Of a DNA stretch of 53,366 nt, positions 21,110-29,400 are shown in pieces (positions within the stretch are counted from its first letter, which is position 1; every line of letters starts with the position of its first letter). The stretch covers positions 1 through 53,366 of the IMG/VR virus record IMGVR_UViG_3300025582_000056. One strand, given 5' to 3'. Source of the DNA: a virus. Lineage: Duplodnaviria > Caudoviricetes. Both the position numbers and the translations under genes were made by a program. The notes below the pieces were generated by a model. That model worked only from the letters and a program-made list of their open reading frames with translations, ran no database searches and was not told the origin of the DNA.

Positions 21110-21424
21110 AGATTATATTTCCTTGTATGCTTATATGGTTACATGAAACTACTACTGACACCATCTATACACTAATTGTCAAAAAAAGGCAATAGTCCGT
21201 AATAACTCACCACCTTTGCAAACAACTAAAAAGATTGGCCCTTACACTAGTAATTAAAACAACAACTAATATGAAGGGAGCCTATCTATGGCCTATTCTA
21301 TTAACACTAACCTAGTTGTGGTCAGAAAATCTTTAGAGTATAATTCGCAGCGTTGCCAAGTAAATTTTGGAATTGAAGTCATCCCCCTATTTGTTCTTTA
21401 CTTTTTCAACTCATCTCCTGTAAT

Positions 21425-21640
21425 CTATTGAGGAAATATATCCCTTTTAAAGTCGTTCGGATTCTTTTCCAAAATGGCACATATTGCAAGAAATTCATTA
21501 GCACGAAGTGGTCTTACTAATTTATTCAATGACCTATCAAGTGTATATTCCGAAATATCGGTGTTTCTGGAAAGCTCTTTTATTGGGATACCTTTTTGTT
21601 TAATGTAATTCGCTACCATTTCGGTTGTGAAAGTTAGCAT
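21425..21640 (-). CDS. Cro-like small HTH regulator
   Basis: IKQKGIPIKELSRNTDIS..TL XRE-like pattern; divergent from the XRE gene. Confidence 0.7.
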   Translation of the reverse strand: MLTFTTEMVANYIKQKGIPIKELSRNTDISEYTLDRSLNKLVRPLRANEFLAICAILEKNPNDFKRDIFPQ

Positions 21641-21800
21641 ATGTGCACCCCCAATTCAAACCTTCATTTTGAAGACATTTATAGTATAATCTTAGCTTTG
21701 AAGACTGTCAACAGCTTTTATTTCTTAAAAATGAAGAATTTTGCATTGACCGTCTTCAAATATCGAATTATAATAATATCGAAGTTAAGGGGGATGACCA

Positions 21801-22175
21801 ATGAAATCAAAGGAAGAAATAGCAAAGGTTCTGAAAGAATCCAGACAAAAAACCGGGTTATCTGCAAAAGAAGTCATCGAGAAACTAAGCCTGCATGACA
21901 TAAAGGTCAGCCCCAAAACACTGTACGGTTGGGAAAGCGGACATAGTCAACCAGATGCCGATACGCTTTTGCTTCTTTGTGATATATATGGAATTGATGA
22001 TATAATGCTTGCCTTTGGCTACATTAGAACTGAGCAACAACCGATCGATACTAAAACGCCCGAAAAAGCCCAACTTTTGAATAAAGTGGAACAATTGGGT
22101 GAAAACAACTGCAAGGTGGTTTCTGCTTATATTGACGGGTTATTAACCAAGCAAGGGAGCCATTCCCGTGGTTGA
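21801..22175 (+). CDS. XRE-family (CI-like) repressor
   Basis: LKESRQKTGLS...KTLYGWESGHSQPD...LCDIYG; AAGGGGG RBS. Confidence 0.85.
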   Translation: MKSKEEIAKVLKESRQKTGLSAKEVIEKLSLHDIKVSPKTLYGWESGHSQPDADTLLLLCDIYGIDDIMLAFGYIRTEQQPIDTKTPEKAQLLNKVEQLGENNCKVVSAYIDGLLTKQGSHSRG

Positions 22176-22256
22176 TAACACGCTCATTTCATTCTCGTGC
22201 GACTTGCCTGCATATTATTTAAGACCTATCTTATAATTAGGACACTTTTCAGAAAC

Positions 22257-22302
22257 AAAAACAGCTACGAAATGTATCTTTTACACTTCGTAGCTGTTTT
22301 TT
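22257..22302. terminator. Bidirectional intrinsic terminator
   Basis: AAAAACAGCTACGAA...TTCGTAGCTGTTTTTT between convergent ORFs. Confidence 0.75.
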
Positions 22303-22321
22303 CAATTAGTATATTTAATTT

Positions 22322-22550
22322 CTACTTCCAACGCCAAGCAATACCTGAATGAAGTCCACCATAGAGTTGAATAAACTCTTTCTGGATACTACCATCTTCA
22401 CTTATCTCCAAGCGATTTTCATCCACCGGCTCACCCGGACGCTCAATCCGTGAAAGCTTGTCATACGCCCAAATTATAGTCGGCTTCTCCCCTTTGAAGA
22501 CGACTTTCTGCCTGTAAGTCAACGTCGGGGTTTCAAACGATTGCCCTGTG
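22322..22550 (-). pseudogene. C-terminal gene fragment, paralog of 26104-26440
   Basis: SFETPTLTYRQKVVFKGEKPTIIWAY...GGLHSGIAWRW vs SFAIPTFTYNQEIVFIGQKPRVIWSY...GGMFSGVAWEW; no credible start. Confidence 0.65.
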
Positions 22551-22676
22551 TCACATTGCTGACGAGTTCCAGGCGAGACAGAAAGACATCTTTCTAGTTA
22601 TCACACCAGATAAGTTGGAGAGGCTGATCACTAATCACTCTATTTAGATATTTGTTTAAGCTTAGTATCACAATCT

Positions 22677-22709
22677 AAAAAGGCCGTACGCGACTTAACC
22701 GTACAGCCT
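22677..22709 (-). terminator. Intrinsic terminator downstream of TR
   Basis: Minus strand AGGCTGTACG-GTTAAGTCG-CGTACGGCCT-TTTT; the stem is complete (one G-U pair) only on the minus strand. Confidence 0.65.
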
Positions 22710-22827
22710 GAGTCGTATTCGTCTCACTATCCAAAGATAGTAAAGACTGGTTATAAGTGATCGGATACTAATCGGCACAGATCTATCAATAATTAAATTA
22801 ATAGATATCGGGCCACTTTTCATTATC

Positions 22828-22954
22828 CCGGGAGACACGGAATCCGATGTTGCTGTTCGTGTTGCTGGGGCCATTGTTCAAATTCAACGTCAGAACGCCG
22901 TCGTTGCCGCCATTGTTCCAATTCCCGCCGCGGATGAAGCCATACAAGCCCGTC
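22828..22954 (-). repeat. DGR template repeat (TR)
   Basis: 127 bp ungapped match to 24723-24849; 16 mismatches all at TR adenines; 30 adenines, 10 AAY codons. Confidence 0.97.
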
Positions 22955-22975
22955 TATAATCACATAACCATAAGT

Positions 22976-22983
22976 ATTATACT
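22976..22983. promoter_or_regulatory. Overlapping divergent -10 elements (TATACT plus strand, TATAAT minus strand)
   Basis: ATTATACT; plus-strand element is 7 nt before RT GTG, minus-strand element is 21 nt before TR. Confidence 0.55.
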
Positions 22984-22990
22984 ATAGGCA

Positions 22991-24106
22991 GTGATTAAAC
23001 TAAAAGATATATTCAGTTCAGTTACCTCACTGGACACGCTGTTAATAGCACATAGACGAGCGTTAAAAGGCAAACGTTATAATTACTATGCGACTGGCTT
23101 TGATTATAACCTCATCAGCCACTTAATTAAATTACAAGCCGAATTACGTGATCATGAATATAACCCAGGCGGTTATCGTAAAAAGATCATAGTCGAGCCA
23201 AAGGTTCGATGCATCGAAGCCCCAGCCTATCGAGATCGCATAGTCCATCATGCCTTGCATTATTTTTTAAATCCATTTTACGAGCGATTTTTCATTAGCG
23301 ATTCATACGCTTGTCGACAGGGTCGTGGTATACATCATGCGACCGCCAGGGTGCAACAATTCCTTCGCCACGGAGGATCAGATCTATACGTTTGTCAAAT
23401 CGACGTATCCAAATATTATGCATCTGTTAACCATAATCGCCTAATAGAGTTGCTCCAAGGAAAAATCGACGATAAACCATTAATGGAACTGTTATGTAAA
23501 ATAATCGAATCAACCGACAGCGGTACCGAACATGATTCATTATTCGCCCCGGATTCACATTATTTCACCAAGGGTCGTCGAGGCATCCCGATTGGTAATC
23601 TGACATCTCAGTTATTCGCCAATATTTATCTGCACGAAGCTGATATGTACGCCAAACAAACCCTTAAAATTCGTCATTACGTTCGGTATATGGATGACAT
23701 ACTCTTTTTTCATCACGACAAAACTCAGTTGCACGAGTGGAAACAGAGTATGCAAAATTTTCTTTACGATAATCTATATCTAACCATTAACCCGCACAAG
23801 ATCAGACTGTACCCTGCCAAACAAGGTGTTTCATTCGTTGGTTATGTTATATACCCATATTACCTGCGTTTACGTGGTAGCAGCGTTCGACGTTTTCAAA
23901 AACGTTATCGCAAACAGTTACAGGCTTTGTCGTCATGGAAAATTGATATCGACGTCGTAGACAAATCATTCGCATCATGGAAAGCCCACGCATCACACGC
24001 CAGCAGTAAACACCTGATCGAAAGAATGGAAATATTACAAAAAGATTGCCTGGCAAACAGACGGCCAATTCAAATGTCGCTCTTTGAATTATTTGGTGAT
24101 TTATAA
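22991..24106 (+). CDS. DGR reverse transcriptase
   Basis: RDRIVHHAL, QIDVSKYY, GIPIGNLTSQLFANIYL, YVRYMDD, FVGY; adjacent to TR and avd. Confidence 0.95.
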   Translation: MIKLKDIFSSVTSLDTLLIAHRRALKGKRYNYYATGFDYNLISHLIKLQAELRDHEYNPGGYRKKIIVEPKVRCIEAPAYRDRIVHHALHYFLNPFYERFFISDSYACRQGRGIHHATARVQQFLRHGGSDLYVCQIDVSKYYASVNHNRLIELLQGKIDDKPLMELLCKIIESTDSGTEHDSLFAPDSHYFTKGRRGIPIGNLTSQLFANIYLHEADMYAKQTLKIRHYVRYMDDILFFHHDKTQLHEWKQSMQNFLYDNLYLTINPHKIRLYPAKQGVSFVGYVIYPYYLRLRGSSVRRFQKRYRKQLQALSSWKIDIDVVDKSFASWKAHASHASSKHLIERMEILQKDCLANRRPIQMSLFELFGDL

Positions 24107-24450
24107 CGCTTGGCCCAACCGCCACGCATTTTACCAACTTCATCAATTTGAGATATGGCATAGCCTAGAGATTCGGATTTGAGGAAATGCAACTCATACG
24201 CAACCCTCAGCAAACTGCGTAATACCTCCAATTCAACATTCAGTTGATCTAGACTTTTAAGTGTACCCCCCCCCCCCAGCTTGACATTAGCGTTATTTGC
24301 TTGGATAATATATCGCAAACTTAACAATGCACTATTTTCAATTTGCTGCCCCAACACAAAACGCTGCTTTTTGGGAAAAGTGTTTACTTTTTCAAACAAC
24401 CACAAAACCACTTCGAGCATTTTGGTATAGATGATAAATTCTTTTTTCGT
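24070..24450 (-). CDS. avd: DGR accessory variability determinant (Avd, four-helix bundle)
   Basis: IYTKM..WL...NTFPKKQRFVLGQQI...L..LNVELEVLRSLLR...IDEVGKMRGGW; first ATG at 24420 but frame and RBS extend to ACG at 24450. Confidence 0.9.
   Translation of the reverse strand, partial: TKKEFIIYTKMLEVVLWLFEKVNTFPKKQRFVLGQQIENSALLSLRYIIQANNANVKLGGGGTLKSLDQLNVELEVLRSLLRVAYELHFLKSESLGYAISQIDEVGKMRGGWAKRYKSPNNSKSDI
24266..24277 (-). repeat. G12 homopolymer inside avd
   Basis: 12 consecutive C on the + strand, encoding L-G-G-G-G in frame. Confidence 0.85.
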
Positions 24451-24470
24451 AATATCTCCTTTTTTATTAA

Positions 24471-24631
24471 CTCGACTTACGCAAAACCTCGCACTCTTCT
24501 GGCGATACTAGTACCAGTTCAGAATACATTTTCTCTGGTGGAGATGATCCCGTAGGATCATCAACAACAGAAAAATGGTTTATGGACGGTGATAGTGCGT
24601 CAGAGGGTGTAGGGATTTTGCGTAAGTCGAG
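24471..24631. mobile_element. 161-bp MITE-like element
   Basis: Perfect 16-bp terminal inverted repeat CTCGACTTACGCAAAA / TTTTGCGTAAGTCGAG, with TAA on both sides. Confidence 0.7.
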
Positions 24632-24639
24632 TAAATCGC

Positions 24640-24658
24640 AGGGCGGACAAGCCGCCCT
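24640..24658 (-). promoter_or_regulatory. GC-rich hairpin downstream of VR (candidate retrohoming cruciform)
   Basis: AGGGCGG-ACAAG-CCGCCCT about 60 nt beyond the target stop codon. Confidence 0.55.
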
Positions 24659-24719
24659 AAATCTCAAGACTAAAGACCATAAGAGTCAAGAGTCCAAGAG
24701 TTAAGAGCTAAGGTCTGTA

Positions 24720-25985
24720 TCACCGGGAGACACGGAATCCGACGGCGCTGCTCGTGTTGCTGGGGCCATAGGGCAAATTCAACGCCAGAACGCCGCCGCC
24801 GCCGCCACTGCTCCAAAGCCCGCCGCGGAGGAAGCCATACAAGCCCGTCGTGTCATTATTACTATAAATCTGTCCTATACCTTTACCACTATTCCAAGTA
24901 CTAGAAGCACTAGCTCCGGATAAACCAGTACCGGTAGGAGATGGGTTGATCGGTAGAGTGCCATTTGCCGTTATTGATGTCCATTCACGCCAGCCCCAAC
25001 CAGCACCTGAGACACCAGGTTGACCACCAGCGACAGTCCCAGATGTCCATTGCCAGACGTTACCAGCAAAGTCCCAAATGGTCTCGTTGTTTGTTAGTTT
25101 TAGGGTTCGTCTTTGGTTCCCACCAGTATTAGTTTCACCAGCATAGCCGTTGGCATCGTTTGAATCAGGGGCAAGAGCGCCAGTTGGAGTATTGTCGTTG
25201 TGTCCTGAATAGATATAATTTGTGCCAACAGTGCCACCATACCAGTTACTGCCTACAGATAAGACGTTTTGGGCAATCGTCATCCATTCAGCCTCGGTAA
25301 TTAAGTGACAACCTGTGCAGCCAGCTACGTTGGGGCTATTGGCTATGGCAGTGGTTTGGGAGATGCTAACCCAAGGCAGAACGCTTGGTACGGATATTGG
25401 GACGTTGGTTGTTCCTACTTGACTGGCAGCATACTTCATAGTACAGAAACCAGCTTGACCGTATGTAGCGGATCCAGGTACTGGTATAAAGTTAGTTGGA
25501 CAATTGGTCGGTTGAGCTAGAGCTACTGGGGAAGAATTATCGTTAATACCATAGGCTGTGCCGTTGGTGTTGGTGTCAGTTAATGCAAAAGTTGTACCAC
25601 CATTGGTAGTATAAATTAATGTATTACTGCTACTTGATTTGAGACAATAGGTATTATCTACATTGGGAAGTGTAGGGCAGTTACTACCATTCATAGTAAT
25701 TGGATAAGAGCCATATAGCTGGTTATACATTTTTAGTTGTGTAGATGCAGTGGTTAGATCAGATTGTAGTACGGAGGCAGTAGCACGAGAGGTTATGCCT
25801 AGGTAGGATACTATCGTTATGGTTGCTAGGATGGCTATTACTACTATGACTACGAGGAGTTCGACGATGGTAAAGGCGGGGGAAGAAGTTACTTGATGGC
25901 CCGACTGCCGGTGCCGGTTCGGAAAAATATTATCTAATCTTCTTAGTGCTTTATCGGATATTTGTGTTGAAATATACTTAGTCAT
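24720..25985 (-). CDS. DGR target: prepilin-headed protein with FGE-sulfatase-type CLec domain
   Basis: PA/FTIVELLVVIVVI; HLITEAEW, IWDFAGNVWQW, RGG...GFRVSR; contains the VR. Confidence 0.92.
   Translation of the reverse strand: MTKYISTQISDKALRRLDNIFPNRHRQSGHQVTSSPAFTIVELLVVIVVIAILATITIVSYLGITSRATASVLQSDLTTASTQLKMYNQLYGSYPITMNGSNCPTLPNVDNTYCLKSSSSNTLIYTTNGGTTFALTDTNTNGTAYGINDNSSPVALAQPTNCPTNFIPVPGSATYGQAGFCTMKYAASQVGTTNVPISVPSVLPWVSISQTTAIANSPNVAGCTGCHLITEAEWMTIAQNVLSVGSNWYGGTVGTNYIYSGHNDNTPTGALAPDSNDANGYAGETNTGGNQRRTLKLTNNETIWDFAGNVWQWTSGTVAGGQPGVSGAGWGWREWTSITANGTLPINPSPTGTGLSGASASSTWNSGKGIGQIYSNNDTTGLYGFLRGGLWSSGGGGGVLALNLPYGPSNTSSAVGFRVSR
24723..24849 (-). repeat. DGR variable repeat (VR)
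   Basis: Last 42 codons of the target; 12 amino-acid differences from TR, all explained by adenine substitutions. Confidence 0.97.
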
Positions 25986-26103
25986 AGATAAAGAGTACGC
26001 TTTCTAAATATTATATAATCCATATTATGGATTGTATCATGAGCGGGATAAATTTTACAAGGTTATTACTTTCAACTGCCAGACAAATATTAACTTTTAG
26101 ATA

Positions 26104-26440
26104 TCACCACTCCCAAGCCACTCCTGAAAACATCCCACCGTGTAAATGCGTAAATGATATTTGTATTGTACTTCCACCATCCTTGAACGCGAGTGGTTTT
26201 TGTTCTTCCTGTCTGCCTGGGCGCTCCAACAACGAAAGCATATTATATGACCAGATAACTCTAGGCTTCTGTCCGATAAATACAATTTCTTGGTTGTATG
26301 TAAAAGTTGGAATTGCAAACGAACGTGTTATTTCTATTGCGATAGCTTTTTTACCATTCTTACCTTGTTCCGGCGACAACTCTATAAAGCTTATCTTGTG
26401 CGTTTGCCCACGTTTGAGCGGTTTGGGAAAGCTTTTGCAT
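26104..26440 (-). pseudogene. 5'-truncated gene fragment, paralog of 22322-22550
   Basis: Frame extends upstream (FPKPLKRGQTHKISFIEL) without a start or RBS. Confidence 0.55.
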
Positions 26441-26471
26441 CTTCGGTTTCTATTCGATCTGTAAGGGCACT

Positions 26472-29400
26472 TTACTCTTCTGAATTCGAATCGGCTAGCA
26501 TAGTCTCGGAAATGTTAGCTTTTTCAAGATACACGTTTGCCATGTCATTATCGTCAATGCTCCGATATGCTGAGGCAAGATTTTTGTATATTGACAGATT
26601 TTTGGGGTGGTTTTCAGGGAATTTCAAAAGGCGGATGTTCAACGCCTTTTGGTAAAACTCTATAGCCGCGTCATACTGTCCCTTTCCAAGGTATACGTCA
26701 GCAAAGTTGCAATATGAAGTGGCAATATGCGGATGAGAATCGTCAAATTTCTTCCGGCGGATATCAAACGCCATATTGAAATAAACCATCGCCTCGTCAA
26801 AATCACCTTTATCTCTGTAAACGTATCCCTTGTTATCATAGGAAGCAGTGGATGAAGGCAATCCCGCCCTACCATTTTGCCTGTAAATTTCAATTGCCTT
26901 ATCTATCCAAACCAAGGCGTCATCAAATTGCTTTTTCTTCCGGCAGACGCTGCACAGCCCCCTGTAGATGGCGGCGGTTCTCGGCTTGTTTTCCATGTTC
27001 AGATTCACCCTTATCTGCAGTGCCTTTTGATAATATTCCAAGGTGACGTCAAGCTCGTTTTTCGACTGATAGACGCTGCCGATGTTGTAATAGGCGATTG
27101 ACATTGATGAATGGTTTGCCGGCAGGACTTCCTTTTTGATTTTCAAAGATCTAAAATAATAATCCAGCGCATTGTCAAAATATCCTTTAGTTGAGTATAT
27201 CCATGCGATGTTATGCAAAGACTGGGCGATAGATCTGTGGTTAGGAGGCAGTGACAGTTGTCTGAACTCAAGCGACTTTAAAAAATTGGGCAAAGAATTG
27301 TCATATTCACCAAGCGCGTTATAATACATCCCTAAGTAATTATATGTTAGAGCAAGGTCGGAGAGTTTCTCCGGAAAATGTTCCTGCTGCACCTTAAGCG
27401 CAGCTAGGTGATATTTAAGCGCATCTGGATAGGAGGCTAACTTTCTACTGGAAGAGCCTAGTAAATTCAAGGTGCGGGCGAGATTGCGATAATCGGGATT
27501 CTCCGCTTTTTCAAAGAGATTTAGCGCTTTTAGGTAACACTCCATCGCTTTTTTGTTGTCGGCCAATTCCGAATAACTAAGACCGATGTGCCTGTGCAGT
27601 CTGGCTAGTTCGTTTTGATCGCTGAGGTTTTCCGGATTTTCCTTTTCGTAAATAGAGAGCGCTTCCAGCAGGCATTCCTGCGATTCATAAAACATCGCAA
27701 GCAGTCTGTAGATTCTTCCAAAGTTATATAGGATTCTACCGGTCAGCAATACCTTGTCGGGAATCCTTTTCAGGACACTTGTGCACAGTCTGATGGCCTG
27801 ATTGAGTGTAATCCAGTCATTGCCTTCATCCAGTGGTGACAAATATCCGTTTAGCGACGTCAGATATTGTTCGCAACTCACACTGTTCGGTTTCAAAGCG
27901 TTTGCAAGGACATCCGAAACGACCGGGTGCAATGAAGCGACGTCGGTTTTTCGGTCGAGGATGATCCAGCCGGTGCCCACCAGCGCATCAAAGTCATTAA
28001 AATCGTCAAGACGAATCCAGTCGCCAAAGGTCTCAGCCTTGATGCCGTCATGCGGAGTCAATGACATATTCATGAGGATATATTTTTCTCTTTCGGATAG
28101 CTGGGAGATGTCAAAGATCGATTCAATGTGTGCATACATCAGGGCGGAGTGGATTTCGCCATCCTTTTCAAGGGTGACATACGCGGGGATGTCCGTTTTT
28201 AGATTCGCCGTGAGCTTATCCAGCAGTGTTTTTGGAGACACCCTCCTGCCGGTGAACAGCGTCTTGGCGATGAGCACGAGCGTGAGGGTGTGGCCGCTGA
28301 TGATATCGAGTATCCCGGCGATCGCCCGCTGATCGTCTTCGGACATTTCTTTTGTGTAATACTTAAAGAAAAGCTCATTCTGATATACGCCTTCAAGCTC
28401 GCCCAATTCGAGACAGCCGTCATGGATGACCCGCGAAGTAAAGATGATGTGATACTTGCCCGACCGCACGTCGCCGAATTTCTTATCAAAAACAGCACTC
28501 ACATACTTCCCCGAATCATCTTTTGTGCGGTTGAAGTTATCGATAACGATCAAAGTATCTTCGTTGTAAGTTTTCAGGAGTTTCATCTTTGCGTTATAAT
28601 GAAATTCCAAGTTTTCATCCTCAGCCTCATAATTGAGGACAGGCAAGGAAAGGCCGATTGTTGAAAGAAGTGAGCCGTCGTAGCTTAAAAAGCATACGGT
28701 GTTATACTTTTCCTTGTTTCTGTGGATGTATTCCTTCACAAGCTCCGTTTTTCCGATCCCGCCCATACCGGAGACCATCGCCCAACCGGATTTTTGCAGC
28801 CGATCGCCGATTTCCCTAATCTTATCCTCCCGGTCTGTAAAGGTTTCCAGTGCGGACGGCACGCTGTATATGAGGCACATCTGCAGCCCGTTGGAATTTT
28901 GCAAAGCCTCCAGGTTTTCCCTCATTAGTCGGTTTGTCTCGTCGAGTTTGCCGGTAATGGTAGGGCCGGCGGGCTGGGTAATCTCCAGCAGGGTTTGCAG
29001 ATCATTCTGCAGCTCCCGAATATCTTGGTAGCGGCTCGATGTGGCAGCCCGTAGGGTTTTGGAAAATATTTTTTTGACGAGTGCTCCACTCTCGCCGGTC
29101 AATATCGAAGTATGGATGGAACTGTCCATCAAATGGAGCTTATTTCGCTGAATGGCATATAGATCGGCCTCGTTCAGTATCTTACCAGTAATAAGCCAGA
29201 ACAGCACCGCCCCCATCGCATAGATGTCGGTAGTCTTGCTGAAAGATCTCGTAAGCCATTGCTCCTGTTCCGGCGGAGCCCAGCCCTCGGAATTCACTCT
29301 ATAAGGGATTTTCTTTTCAAGAATGTCATCCAGCAGCATAACCGTATCGAAGTCGAATAAAGCGACACGGCGTGTTTCGCCTGCGTCTTTTTTGAATAAA

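Larger units (their letters stand above)
22677..22969 (-). ncRNA. Predicted DGR template RNA (short leader + TR + ~150-nt spacer)
   Basis: Minus-strand TATAAT at 22981-22976, TR, then hairpin + U tract at 22709-22677; ends are inferred. Confidence 0.6.

Noticed and set aside
22991-24106. RT as group II intron, retron or CRISPR-associated RT
   Set aside because: Short, no maturase/endonuclease extension, GxPIGNLTSQ motif, and flanked by TR and avd
24791-24806. (GCC)n microsatellite in the target gene
   Set aside because: Explained by A-to-G changes of TR codons GGC GGC AAC GAC GGC
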